NCBI GenBank assembly: GCA_951406725.2
Contig: OX597817.1
Span: 144,708,001 to 144,772,000, forward strand
Length of the DNA stretch: 64,000 nt
Reading direction: 5' to 3'
DNA from: Octopus vulgaris
Lineage: Eukaryota
The notes beneath the pieces are model-generated. The model worked only from the letters and a program-made list of their open reading frames with translations, did no database searches and was not told the DNA's origin. This document shows positions 26,235-39,520 of this stretch, piece by piece. How positions within the stretch are numbered: the first letter of the stretch is position 1; the number at the start of each line of letters is the position of its first letter. Both the position numbers and the translations under genes were made by a program.

Positions 26235-27276
26235 AATGATTGGTGTTAGGAAGAGTATCTTGTGTCAGCTCTTTTCATCCAAGGGGTTTTTAATGAAACA
26301 TATTGCAAACTATTATTTTTCATTGAGATATACCATTAAATGACTTACCTGAGTATTTAATTTTATATTCATTCTCTGAATTCAAATTTCACAAATATTG
26401 GCATTGTCTTTCACCTCTCTATAGGTAATAAAACAAGTACTGGTAATATGCCAGCATTCACTCTCTCACATTCCCCCCTCTTACTTCCTTATTAGCCAGA
26501 AGAAGATTATTCTATTTAAACAGTGGGAAAAAAATTATAAGAACAAGAGTAATAAATTTAAATCCTGCTGTTGTAATTTAATTTTTGGAGCATATTTCTG
26601 AACTTTGTACTTACATAACTTTTCAGCTTATATTGGAAGCATGGAGCATGTTTGTCCTTAATCAATATCCACTAGCCTGCAGATTGTAATAAGTTGAACG
26701 TGAGCTCCATAGAAGTGCTGTTGTTCTGTTAATGGAACATTAATTGCAAAGCATTCATTTGTCAAATTTTATAGAAGAGAAAACTATCAGAACGTAAAAA
26801 CAGTAAAATTTTCACTCAAATATAATTTACGAGTTATAAATATAATTCTTATAATTCATAAAGAAGACTGTTTATAAATGTAATTTTCCATATTTTTATA
26901 CCTTTTTTTTTAAATTTTTTTTTCCATAAAGAAAAATTTGGTAAATGAAATAGGAGAATTTGTATTTTTATTTGAGTTTGGCACCCCTAATCTTGTTTCA
27001 AATGGTGAAGGAAAATGTCATTTAATAACTACTAAACTTAAAAATAGAATCTGTGTTCAGTATTGTTTCCACACTGGCAGCTTTTGATGGAGAGGAATGT
27101 GAGAATGTCATTAAGTGTGCATTTTGAAATAATCACTTTAAATATGTTTCCTGAAATTAAATCATAGTTTCTTCATTATTTTCATTTGGTTATTTATGCA
27201 ATCAAAGTTTATATTCATGTGGCTGGTTCCTAAGGAAAATAAACATTTTTTTTCAATACATCAGTTATTAGGTTAT

Positions 27277-27845
27277 AGGTGCAGGCATGGCTGTGCGGTT
27301 GGGAAGTTTGGATTTCAACCATGTGGTTTTTGGTTCAGTCCCACTAACATGCCACCTTGGGTTAGTATCTTCTACTAAAACCTTGCACCAATCGAGGTCT
27401 TGTTAGTGAATTTGGTTGGCAGAAACGTTAGCACGCCGGGCAAAATGTTTAGTGGTATTTTGTCTGCCGTTATGTTGTGAGTTCAAATTCTGCCAAAGTC
27501 AACTTTGCATTTCATCCTTTCGGGATCGATAAATTAAGTACCAGTTATGCACTGGGGTCGATGTAATCAACTTAATACCTATGTCTGTCCTTGTTTGTCC
27601 CCTCTATGTTTAGCCCTTGTGGGTAATAAAGAAATAGGTATTTCGTCTGCCGTTACGTTCTGAGTTCAAATTCTGCCTAGGTTGACTTTGCCTTTCATCC
27701 TTTCGGGGTCAACAAATTAAGTACCAGTTATGCACTGGGGTCGATGTAATCGACTTAATCCCTTTTTCTGTCTTTGTTTGTCCTCTCTTTATTTAGCCCC
27801 TTGTGGGCAATAAAGAAATAAGAAACTGAAAGAGGCCCATCATGT
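27277..27845 (+). mobile_element. Family A SINE interrupted by a dimeric family B SINE (~27415-27822)
   Basis: A head, then two tandem B units, then A resumes at AGAAACTGAAAGAGGCCC. Confidence 0.8.
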
Positions 27846-27879
27846 GTTTGTGCATATTCTTGTGTATGTCTTTGTATAA

Positions 27880-28175
27880 GAGACTTCGTATCTCTTTTCT
27901 CACTGTTATTTGCTTGTTGTCCACTGCAAAAGAATGTTCATTAAACTGGAAGTTTAGGATCCTTTTCTGCAGCATTCTAACCATGTCTGTAGTATCAGAA
28001 CTCTGACTTCTCATTGTAGAGAAGTATCAACTCAACCGGGAGAGATTCTCTGATCTCCAAACTTTGTACCCTGTTGAGTAACATCACCCCAAAGATCCTT
28101 TGCAGAAATCCCCATTTCAGCTGGTTGAATTCATGATTGTATTGTTTGTCATTTCCCCAACATTCACAACCATAA
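27880..28175 (-). mobile_element. RTE-clade LINE 3' fragment
   Basis: GFLQRIFGVMLLNRVQSLEIRESLPVE and MVRM match the RTE C-terminal pattern. Confidence 0.7.
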
Positions 28176-28924
28176 TGAAGACAGGAATAAAAACTGAATT
28201 GGAGAAAAGCAAGTTTGGGTTTTTTACTGCTTTCTCCTCCTCTGAGGATTGCATGCTGGAGTTGGTGCATCGAACTTCTCAGCTCGTGCTTTATAAAAAC
28301 AATAACATGACTGTTCTTTACATAAGTGTTAATTCGAAACAAACACAGTAAACAGCATTTCAATTGATTATTGTGAAAACTACTAATCAATATATTCCAC
28401 TAGGAAATATCTACCAGCTTGTTAGTACTTCATTGAACTTGTTCATGCTTTAGAATAACATAATGGTATCTATGGAACTGTTCTTATTTAGTGAAAAGAA
28501 GCTGTTACTGATGTTACTAATCATTGTTATTAGTAGTGGTGGTCCATTTTGTATAGAAGTGGTGGTGGAGGTTGTTTAGCCCCACATCAGCCCTGACTGA
28601 GCAGATTTATGATCAGGCATTCTGGCCACCAACATCCTGTTTGGTTCATATAGTAACTCCTGACCAACATTCAATATTTTTTTTCTTATTTATGGTGAGA
28701 GGGTGAAGCCTGAGTAAGACTTGGCTGCTCTTTTTAGCAGGCTTCCATCATTCACTCTATTTGTTTATATTGTTGGCTTCTCTGCGATTGATGGTTGTTG
28801 ATGGCAGTAATGTAAAAACAACTTGCCCCCTTCATTTATTTTTGAATTAATACACTGTGTATATTGTAAGTTATTGCTGAAGGTGGAATGATGTCCATGA
28901 CTTTTGCGGGTTCTCTAAGACCAG

Positions 28925-29200
28925 TGAGCTTGAAGCAATTAATGTTCCATGTAAAATGTTGAAGCTCAACACTGCAGGAGAGACATGAGCAAGAAGATTC
29001 CAGAGGGTTGGATGTTCTGGGAAGAAAGGATTGGTCTTAATGGCTGATGTAAGCTCAAGAATGGATGGAAGCACCAAAATTGCAACAATGCCAAAAGGTG
29101 GGAAGTTGAATGGTTGCAGAGATGCCTGAGTGATGTATTTATAAGATCAACCGGCTCAAAGGAACAGAGGTCATTAAAGTTATGTTAGAAAAGATAAATA
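28925..29200 (-). mobile_element. CR1/L2-group LINE ORF2 C-terminal relic
   Basis: QSFLPRTS followed by frameshifted TLWNLLAHVSPA resembles SFFPRT..LWNSLP..VFP. Confidence 0.55.
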
Positions 29201-29257
29201 TTTTTCTTCTGTTCAACCAATAAAGTTTGTCTGTATCAAAAACCAATAATGTGAGTC

Positions 29258-29575
29258 ATCATCATCTTCATTTAATGTCTGTTTTCCATGCTAGCATGGG
29301 TTGGATGGTTCGACCGGGGTCTGGAAGCCATGGAGGCTGCACCAGGCTCCAGTCTGATCTGGCAGAGTTTCTACAGCTGGATGCCCTTCCTAACGCCAAC
29401 CACTCTGTGAGTGTAGTGGGTGCTTTTTACGTGCCACCGGCACAGGGGCCAGAGCAGGCTGGCAAACGGCCACGATCGGTTGGTGCTTTTACGTGCCACT
29501 GACACGGATGCCAGTCAAGGTGGCACAGGCATCTGCCACATTCGGACGGTGCTTTTTACATGTCTCCAGCATGGT
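29258..29575 (-). mobile_element. SINE family C
   Basis: Family motifs and CAT tail. Confidence 0.8.
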
Positions 29576-29779
29576 GAATGAACACAGAAAACAAACCTAT
29601 CACTTGTACATGGAAATGAGGCATTGCATGACTTGTCAAATAAATGTTGGGTGTCTGAAGATTCCAAAGCACAAAATAACAATAATAATAATATTGAATG
29701 AAGTATTCCTTATTCCTCTGCATCAATATCAGACTAGAGCTGCAGCTTCAAGTGGCATCATTAATGATTATCATACTTG

Positions 29780-30220
29780 CCTGTCCATCAAAGACAGGTG
29801 AACTAAGAAGTTTTCCTAAATAAGGTATTGACTGATATCTCAAATGCATCTGGCTTAAAATATTCATTAGTAAAACCATTACCTGGTGAATATGCTTTTA
29901 GATCCATTTCAACACCTGTGACTATTCTTTCAGCAATTCCATTTGATTTGAGATGATAGACAGGCATTTTCATGGGTTTACACCTGATCTTGTCAAACCA
30001 TATACACAAACCGTTAGGTTTTGTCAAACCCTAATGTGTTTAGAACACCATTTCCATTTCTAGTAGCAAAATTTTTGAAATCTACCAAACTGTTTCTGCT
30101 TATTTCTTCTTTTTACCTCTAACCAGCAAATGTATGCATTTACCGAAATTAGGAATTTTTTCAAAATCCGTTGGTGCATCTGTTTCATGTTGTAATTTCT
30201 TTAGGCCATGTGGGCATTGT
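29780..30220 (-). mobile_element. Ty3/gypsy integrase relic
   Basis: PVYHLKSNGIAERIV matches YHPQSNGLAER; upstream FLISVNAYICWLEV matches FLILVDAYSKWPEV. Confidence 0.75.
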
Positions 30221-31780
30221 GTGAAGTAATTCTAGCGAATGTCAGGTATCAGCTAACATACTGTGCCATACTGTGCATCATCAGGTATAGCTTTTATCAT
30301 TACTGTGTGGTTGTGGGCTTAAGAAGTTTGCTTCTCAGTCATCTGGTTTTGAGTTCAGTCTGATTGCACAGCACCATGAGCAAATGTCTTCTACTAAAGC
30401 CTTGGGCTGACCAAAGCCTTTTAAATGGATTTCATAGATGTAAACTGAAATAAGCCTGTCATATATATGTGTGTTTGTGTGTATCCTTGTTTTGATGTTA
30501 TATTGCTTTTTGTCTTTTGATGGGTTTCACATCCATTATTCTCACTGCCAAAGGGCAATCTATTTGTATACACTTCTTCATCAATCCGTATAAAAGAAAA
30601 GAAAAATACAGCTCATCGGTGTCTCTAACACAGATTTAGTCTGACTGATCATCTTACCTGATAATTCCTATATTTTTATGATCTAATCTACCTTGATACA
30701 TAGATTTTCCCACACTTTTAGCACCATCCATGTATAATCTGGATAAACTTTGTTATTATTCATGGCATTTCTAACAATGCATTCAATTGCTTTTCAAAGC
30801 ATAGTGCGGACTATGGTTTTAATTCATATGGTCCATTCTAATTTGCCTGTTGCCTTTTTCCAAATAAATATTTATATTATTTGTTTTAACTCATCCTTCC
30901 TCTGTCTATATGTATGTCCATGTACTGAAATTTTTGAAAAATTTTATTGGTCTTAAATACAACAAAAGCAAACCATTCCATGATAAAAATTTGCTAATTT
31001 TTATATTATAAAATCATTACATGTGTATTCTTCATATATATATATATATATATGAAGTTTTATTGATCTTTAATGCAACAAAAAATGACGAACCGTTCCA
31101 TGCTTTGCTTGGTATTTATTATTTTATCATTATTGTATATGTTCATATATATTATTTTATTTTAATTCCATATGAAAGTCGAGTCCATCTTCAAAGGACC
31201 TGCAGGTATATTTATCATAATGTCCCTTTTTAATCTAATTTAGCAAAATACGTTATGCCGGAAAGTGAATTATTGAATCAGAAGATGCAGTTGTCTTTTA
31301 TCTTTTACTTGTTTCTGTCATTGGATTGCAACCATGCTGGAGCACTGCCATGAAGGGTTTAGTCAAGCAAATTATTTTATTAGTCTCTTTTGCTGAACTT
31401 CTATGTTACATAAACCAACATCAATTGTCAAGCAATGGTGGAGGGGTAGATACAAAACACAAAGGTACACATATTCACACACATGTATATGATGGGCTTC
31501 CATACAGTTTCTGCCTACTAAATTCACTCACAAGCCCTGTGCTTTAGTAGAAACACTTGCCCAATGTGCCACTCAGTGGGACTGAACCTGGAACCATTTG
31601 GTTGCAAAGCAGGTTTCTTCACCACACTGCCAAGTCTGTTAATAGACAAGAATTTGAACAAATTTATTTACACCTACTTCAAAATCTCTTGAAATTTCCA
31701 TCTTACCTTTTGCATAACCACTAAAAGAGAAGCCTGTGTGCTCCATCTGGAATGAACTTCTAAAAGACCCTACTGAAGCA

Positions 31781-32575
31781 GGCGCAGGAGTGGCTGTGTG
31801 GTAGGTAGCTTGCTTACCAACCACATAGTCATGGGTTCAATCCCACTGCATGGCACCTTGGGCAAGTGTCTTCTACTATAGCCTCGGGCTGACCAAAGCC
31901 TTGTGAGTGGATTTGGTAGACGGAAACTGAAAGAAGCCTGTCGTATATATGTTTATATATGTATGTACACTTGCGTCAGAAATTAATTAGCACTTCTCAA
32001 ATTTCTACATTAAATAGGTTAAATCAATTAACCTATGAGCTGTTCAAAACGTCTTACGCGATGAGAAAACTTAGTATGATGTGATTTCGGTCCTTGCGAG
32101 GCACTACCTATATCTATTAAACAAAGGAAGATTTGTCTGCATCCGCACTCCAAGTTGTTGTTGCACTGCTATGTCAACATCATAAGGCTGTAGACTCTCA
32201 AACTGCTCTGCAAACAAAGTTACGTCATCGTTCTGCGCAACAGTGAACTCGCAACAAAGCAATAGTTCGAGATATGGCCACTAGGTGACAGCACATACCT
32301 TGAGTGAAGAGCAAATCAAGGGTGCTAATTAATTTCTGACGGTAGTGTATGTGTGTGTATATGTTTGCGTGTCTGTGTTTGTCCCCCCAGGGTCGCTTGA
32401 CAGCCGATGTTGGTGTATTTACATCCCCGTAACTTAGCGGTTCGGTAATAGAGACCGATAGAATAAGTACTAGGCTTACAAAAAATAAGCTCTAGGGTCA
32501 ATTTGCTCGACTAAAGGCGGTGCTCCAGCATGGCCACAGTTAAATGACTGAAACAAGTAAAAGAGTAAAAGAGAA
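31781..32575 (+). mobile_element. SINE family A split by a MITE
   Basis: Head 31781-31965, tail 32350-32575. Confidence 0.85.
31968..32347. mobile_element. Tc1-like MITE (380 bp)
   Basis: 26-bp TIRs CACTTGCGTCAGAAATTAATTAGCAC (2 mismatches) flanked by TA. Confidence 0.85.
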
Positions 32576-32746
32576 TGCCAACAAGGAAAACAGCCATTAA
32601 ATGATTATAATGATGATATCAATTAGTTTCTCCTGCTTCACTGTGTCTAGTAATTTAATAAATATATATATATATTGGCAATGGTCTTGCTTCAAAATAA
32701 CATGGCCTAATATCTCCTTTGAGAAAAATGTTAGATTTGAAACCTC

Positions 32747-32976
32747 TTAACCCTTTTCTAGCCATACTTCAATTGAAACTCTTTGCTTTTGTTTCTATAG
32801 ATTTTGAAAAGAATGAAGAATTTAGTGAAATAAGCTTGTTCTTGTTAAGCTGATGTCTGAAACATAAATTAACATGGAATTTTGGTGAAAGGTTTTATTT
32901 TGGATTACTTTAAAACTGGAAATTTGTATCATGGAATCAAGGGTGATCCTAGGCAGGTTGATACTAAAAGAGTTAA
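32747..32976. mobile_element. TTAA piggyBac-like MITE
   Basis: TTAACCCTTTT...AAAAGAGTTAA termini. Confidence 0.6.
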
Positions 32977-33059
32977 TCTCCCAAAACTGACAAGGTGCTT
33001 TAGTCTCATGGATTAATGTTGAAGTATCAAAATTCTGCAGTGTCCATACCAAGGAAGCT

Positions 33060-33385
33060 ATGATTTTTTTACTTTCTGTTATACCTCCTGGCATTCCATC
33101 GGTTATGACGGTAAGGGCTCTAGTTGATCCAATGTGCAAATGGCTGAGTACTCCACAGACATGCATAACTTTAGCATAGTTCTCAGGGAGGTTCAATATG
33201 ACTCGGAATGTGAAAAGGCCAGCCCTTTGTAATTGCAGGTACAACTTATTTTTGCCAGTTTAGTGAACTGGAGCAACGTGAGATAAAGCGTCTTGCTCAA
33301 AAATACAAAACACTGCCAGGAATCGAACTTATGACCTTACAATCATGAGCCGAACACCCTAACCACTAAGCCACATGCTTTCACT
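33060..33385 (-). mobile_element. tRNA-derived SINE (another family)
   Basis: Minus strand ATGTGGCTTAGTGGTTAGG..AGTTCGATTCC; a related fragment lies at about 41500-41605. Confidence 0.7.
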
Positions 33386-34421
33386 TACAACAACCACCTA
33401 CAACAACACAACCTGTTTAGTGTGTGTGTGTCTGTGTGTGTGTGTGCGTGCGTGTTTGTTTATTTCCCCCTTATCAGTTTCCATTAAGGCATCAAACTTT
33501 CTCTAAATTTCCGTGAGTGATCCATGAAATTGTTTCAGCTTCAGATCCTTTCAGTTCCGAGATATTACAGTTACCAGACTGTTAGTGTCAATCAACTTGC
33601 ATCTCAGCGCTAACATTATTGAGTTTTTCACATTGATCGCTGAAGTATTATTATATCCTGACTTCACAAGTACTAGCGGAATCTTCATGATCAATTCCCT
33701 CAAACGTTTTTTATTTATTTACCAGTTTATTTTGTGGATTTACATATTGCCTGGAAGTGATCCATTTTTCTCATTAAAATAAAGACATTTTGATAATGCA
33801 TGTTTTTTTCCCCCAAAATGACATTTATATATTTGCTTCTCTCAACATTTGACAAAATGGTTACATCAAGATCAAATTCTCTTTCCCATTTTATTTATCT
33901 ATTTATGCAATCATCTGAAATTTAGAAATCATTTCAAGCTGTTGAATGAATTCAATGCATGCATTACCCTTCAGATCCCCTTCATTGAATATATTCCAAT
34001 GTGTTTATACAATGTACGATGCTCTGATGATTGCTTGCCAAATATGTTTTGTAGGAATCGTATCACCTTCTGTTGCACTCTGTCTTTTAGTTCCAGTTTT
34101 TTAAAGTCTTTTTTTTAATCAAATTAACAAAACAAGCTGACTCACATAATCCTTGAGAATAAATTCAGTCACATTGTGTTGTAGCAAGAATCTGATTCCT
34201 TCAGCAATTATACCATTTTTTTTTTTGTTTTTGTTTTTTTCCTTTTTTTTCCTTTTGATGGTGGAATGTAGAGGAGATTAACTGTTGCCATAATCACAGA
34301 TTTTATTCTGCAAAAATCATTTTTACAAGTCTTAACCGTTTCGTCATTGCCAAAACTTTTCATATTTCTTTCTATGATGCCTCACATAGTCTTAGCTTAA
34401 TGTCTCACATTGTTATGCCTT

Positions 34422-34800
34422 ACAGTTCTATATTTAAGAGATGAGGAATTATGTACTTTATTTACATTTGACGGATATTTGTCCTCATCTTGTTTATTGT
34501 TAACACAACATTTCGGCTGATATACTCTCAAGCCTTCATCAGGTGTCTTGGGGAAACTTCCAACCTGGGTTCTCATTCCTAAAGTATTTTTCGATGTTAT
34601 TATTGTTATTATTATTATTATTATTATTCAGGTCACTGCCTGAACAATAATAATAATAATAATAACATCGAAAAATACCTTTGGACTGAGAACCCAGGTT
34701 TGAAATTTCCCCAAGACACCTGATGAAGGCTGGGAGGTATATCAGCCAAAGTGTGTTAACAACAAACAAGATCAAGACAAATATCCATCAAATGTAAATA
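34422..34800. mobile_element. Second copy of the Penelope-tailed SINE, inverted-duplication insertion
   Basis: Minus tailed copy 34422-34642, plus copy 34639-34800, TSD ATTGT(T/C)ATGCCTTA at 34409-34422 and 34801-34814. Confidence 0.85.
34502..34547 (-). ncRNA. Minimal type I hammerhead ribozyme motif
   Basis: GACAC-CTGATGA-AGGCTTG..TCAGCC-GAAA-TG-TT-GTGTT with intact core; a damaged plus-strand copy lies at 34715-34757. Confidence 0.75.
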
Positions 34801-35005
34801 ATTGTCATGCCTTAGTTTGTCAATCTTGCCATGTGTGTAGCATGGTCTTGTCTTAATGCTACATTTAGTCTTATCTCAATGCATTAGATAGATGTGTCAC
34901 AATGCCTATCATATTCTTGTCATAATGCATCCTCATATCTTAATACCTTTAATAGTCTTATCATACCACCTAGTGTAAGGTCTTGTCATAATACCTATCA
35001 TACTA

Positions 35006-35560
35006 TTGGGTTGTCCGGAAAGTTCATGCCGATTTATAGTAGCTTACCTTTCGACTTATTTTAGAACAACATGGTTGAGTCCATAAAATAGGATTTGACT
35101 ACACCTCCATTTAGAGCACAGTTTAAGCTATCTTTTCATGGAAGAAGGTTTATGTTCCTATAACCTGTGTTAATTCTGTAACCCTTGAAAAGTTCATTTT
35201 CGGCACTTGATGCTTTGAGAACGAGACAAAAATTGCTGCAGCTCGGCTGGGATGTGTTACCCCAACCTCCATATTCACCAGATATTGCTCCTTTGGATTT
35301 CCACTTATTCAGGTCTCTGCAGAATAGTCTTAATGGTAAAAATTTCAATTCCTTGGATGACATAAAAAGATACCTTGATGAATTCTTTGCCATAAAACCA
35401 CCTCAATTCTGGGAAGAGGGTATTTTCAAGTTAAAGGAAAGATGGAGATACATTGTGCAACAAAATGGTTCATATTTGGTTGATTAAAAATGTAATGGCA
35501 AGTATTTATTGACCTTTTTCTTTCCTTTAAAAATCGGCATGAACTTTCCGGACAACCCAA
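35006..35560 (+). mobile_element. Internally deleted mariner element
   Basis: Perfect 30-bp TIRs TTGGGTTGTCCGGAAAGTTCATGCCGATTT, TA flanks. Confidence 0.95.
35185..35487 (+). pseudogene. Mariner transposase C-terminal fragment
   Basis: LGWDVLPQPPYSPDIAPLDFHLF..GIFKLKERW..NGSY, the YSPDLAPxD motif. Confidence 0.92.
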
Positions 35561-36408
35561 TATTATCCTAATGCCTTGCATAGTCTTGTCATAATACCGG
35601 TATGGTGTTGACAACCATACAATATGCACCTTCTTAAGGATTCTCACCCAATAAAAAGTGTCAGTGAAGAACAACAACAAAAAAAATAAATAAAAAGGTA
35701 GTGCCTCAACACCAACAATTAGATTGGAAGGAAAACCTGTTTGGCTGATGATTGGAATGGATGGATGGATGGATGGATGGATGAATGGGAAGGCTGCATC
35801 TCAGGCCATACTTACAAATGTTGATTGATTGTAGTATGTTGCTACTTTAGAGCTTTTCCGGGACAGCTTTGTGGTAGATAAAAACACCTGCTCTTATTGT
35901 TACAACTACAATTTAGATTATAATTACAGTTTAGATTCTACTTGTATTCTTTTAGTTGTTCTTTAACAAACTTGCTAACATCGTTGACTTACAACAGTCT
36001 CAATTAATCTAGCTGGCTGATTACCAAGTCATTACCAAAGAAGCAGCCAAAATAAAATGGAAGCAGGAAAGCATGAAATATTTGAAAGTTATTTACATAT
36101 TGAGTATATTGATCATGTAATATTGGTATGATTCACCAAATCATTAATACAAAATAATCAATAGATCAGTGTTAAAATATGTGTTATTTACTATGCAGCC
36201 ATATCAAAGCTCTATATTCGACAAATAGCTTGCTGTAGTCTTTCTTCAGAAAGAGAGAGAGACAAGTGTGTGTGTACAAACATGGTGTGTGTCCCCAATA
36301 TATCTGTTGGAAATTCACCAATAAATAATATAACCTTTTCTGCACATTTTGTGCAGACTTCTTGCTCCAGTTTTAATGAAATTATATCTACATCTACACA
36401 CACATGTT

Positions 36409-36467
<59 letters not shown>

Positions 36468-36855
36468 ATGTGTGTATGTATACATATATATATATATATA
36501 TATATATATTAAACGATGATGATGATGATGATGATATATCACTACCATCATCATCATCAACATATGTCTACTTTCCCATGCTTGGATGAGTCAGATGAAT
36601 TTGTTGAGGTGGATTTTCTATGGGCAGATACCTTTCCTGTTGCCAACTCTCATCCGATTTCAAGCAAGGTAATACTTTCCCATTGAGAGACATGTTTTTC
36701 ACTAGAGACTGGCAACAGACAATCTCAGATGTATGACAATGATGCTCATTTACAACCATCATGTAATGTCTAGACTAAGGTACACATGTACTTACACCCA
36801 TATATAATTTTATATAAATTTATATATAGATAAATATATATATATCTTTAAATAT

Positions 36856-37049
36856 AGGGAGATGTACTTGCATAGCAAGTGACCTGATCTGAGATCATTT
36901 GATGGAACGAAAACAATTGCAGCGTGGAAGGTGTTTATAAGCGATTTAAGAAACACACAAAAGCCGTTAGATTCACTTCAACATTTAAATTTAATTTGCC
37001 AAAATATTTTTGTCACTTTGAGACCACGATGAAAATATTTTGGCAAATT
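36856..37049. mobile_element. Short repeat ending in an 18-bp inverted duplication (Penelope-like?)
   Basis: AATTTGCCAAAATATTTT at 36993-37010 is inverted at 37032-37049. Confidence 0.4.
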
Positions 37050-37424
37050 GCACTGCATGTGCAATGTCAGTGTGCATGCTTGATAGAGTGTAAGCCTCTT
37101 GAGAGAAAAGTTAGGCATAAGAGGCATCAGATGTGGTGTGCTATAGTAGAATGCACTTGCCCAAGGTGCTGCACAGTGGAACTGAACCCAAGACCACATG
37201 GTTGGGAAGCAAACTTCTTAACCACACAGCCATGCCTGTATGTATGTGTGTGTATTCAAGAGTGGAACATACCATTCCTTTTGAAGGGCTCGTTATCAGT
37301 GGGTATTGAAAGGGGAAGCTCACTCAGGACTAACAGGAATGAAAAGCGCTATGTACACAGGTGCACCTGACCCCTCCAATGAAGCAGTTACAGGTTCAAT
37401 CTTGTATTGAAGGGGGTATGTTAA

Positions 37425-37800
37425 GGACTTAGATGTAGACTCATTGGAATAATCTTCTCACCATATAAGGGACCCAGATCTCTGATTTGGGACTCGATGT
37501 GCTGTGAGACATTTTCTGGTTTCAGCCTTGCTGTATTGGCTGCAAACCCAGATGTCACCACTCATAATGCTGAAGAGAGAAAAATTAATGGATACAAGAG
37601 TCTGACCCATTGCTATCAGTTTGTACGGGTTGCTATCAAGTCTGCAGGTGTTCTTGGAAACTGCACTGACAATTTCCTCCATAAAATCGAGATATCTGTG
37701 GCCCATCTGAAAAGTGGGCCATGCGGTGGCAGTAGCTGCTGCAGTGAGAGTTGCTGGCAGTTTTCTGCAGCAGTGCCATTGCAGTCATGTCTGCAGAGTA
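37425..37800 (+). mobile_element. CRE-like non-LTR retrotransposon RLE-domain relic
   Basis: PYKGPRSLIWDSMCCETF..AEERKINGYKSL..YQFVRVAIKSAGVLG resembles PW..GRSLVWDxTCxDT..AEExK..KY..F.PVAVET.G.LG. Confidence 0.7.
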
Positions 37801-38392
37801 CAGTTGAACATGCTGTTCAGGGGGTGGACAGCCTGTTACTCTCTCACCCCCTGCCCATCTTCTGCTGCTTTATCCACCCCACCCCCGCTTCTTTTTCTCC
37901 TTTTCTTTGTTTCCTTGTAATTAAATTGTGATTCAATCTTTATGTAAATAAAACTAAAATCTGATAAAAGAAAAAGATAGCCATTGTTAGATTCAATGAA
38001 TAAGCATAAACAAGCAAGCATATATATACATGTATGTATGTTATTGCATTTTGGTTGAATAGTAATTAGGAATTATTAAATGCTTGCACCGGCACCAATG
38101 TTCAATATTTGATAATTATGATGATCACTGTTCCGAAATATATTTCTCTTCAATTCATGTTTTCAGATCTCTTGCCAAACGTATATAAGAAAGTATTCAT
38201 CCGTTCATCATCAGCTTCATTGTTTTAACAGAGAATTTTCTATTTGATGCAAATGTGATTTCCAAACAGCAATAATTTATTGACAGAATTTGTAGAGCAT
38301 TAAACAGTATGTTTTGTGCTATTTTGTAGCATTCCTTTATATTCTGAGCTTGAAACCCATCAAGTTCAACTTACCCATTCAACTTGCTTCTA

Positions 38393-38670
38393 TCATCATC
38401 ATCATCGTTTAACATCTGTTTTTCTAGCACAGGTTGGACGGTTCGACCGGGGTCTGGGAAGCCAGAGAGCTGCACCAGTCCCCAATTTGATCTGGCAGTG
38501 TTTCTACAGCTGGATGCCCTTCCTAACGCCAACCACTCCGTGAGTGTAGTGGGTGCTTTTTACATGCCAAAGGCACAGGTGCCAGGGGAGGCTGGCAACG
38601 GACACGATCAGTTGGTGCTTTTTGCATGCCACTAGCACAGAAGCCAGTCAAGGCAGCACTGGCATAGTCA
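38393..38670 (-). mobile_element. SINE family C
   Basis: Family motifs. Confidence 0.8.
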
Positions 38671-39104
38671 AGGTAGCACGGGTTGGATATATCTACTGAG
38701 CAGCTTATTACCAAACGTCTTAGTTCATTCTTATCTAATCTTATAAAGTCCAGCATCTGAATGATGTTATGGCCACTTATCTATATATCTTAGTCTTCCA
38801 CAATGTTGTAGAGACAGCACTCTGTGGTTAGTCTTTATCTGTTCTTAAGTGGTACATTTAATATGTTGCACTAAAGGGCCCCCACATAGCACTTCAATGC
38901 CTTTAGTGAAATTCACTCTATGGTAGACTTTCAGAAGAGGCCTCCAGTCTAAGGAAAGAGGATATATAAACTTCCTACTGAACCAATCTGTGTCTCACTT
39001 TCTTCCTCCCTCACTCTAACCATTCTGTTGAGACCTATGGTTGATATCATCGCAACTCTAGACTGACCTAAGGCTTGTGGATTTTGTAAAGGGAAACTAA
39101 AAGA

Positions 39105-39520
39105 AGCAGCAAGCTGGCAGAAACGTTAGCATGCTGGGCGAAATGCTCAGCAGTGTTTCGTTTGCCATTACGTTCTGAGTTCAAATTCCACCAAGGTTGA
39201 CTTTGCCTTTCATCCTTTTGGGGTCGATAAATTAAGTACCAGTTACGCACTGGGGTCTATGTAATCGACTTAATCCGTTTGTCTGTCCTTGTTTGTCCTC
39301 TCTATGTTTAGCCCCTTGTGGGTAGTAAAGAAATAGGTATTTCATCTGCCGTTACATACTGAGTTCAAATTCTGCCAAGGTCGACTTTGCCTTTCATCCT
39401 TTTGGGGTCGATAAATTAAGTACCAGTTACGCACTGGGGTCTATGTAATCGACTTAATCCGTTTGTCTGTCCTTGTTTGTCCTCTCTATGTTTAGCCCCT
39501 TGTGGGCAATAAAGAAATAA
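39105..39520 (+). mobile_element. Dimeric family B SINE inserted in a family A relic
   Basis: Two tandem units; TSD GGAAACT(A/G)AAAGAAGC at 39092-39107 and 39521-39536. Confidence 0.85.
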
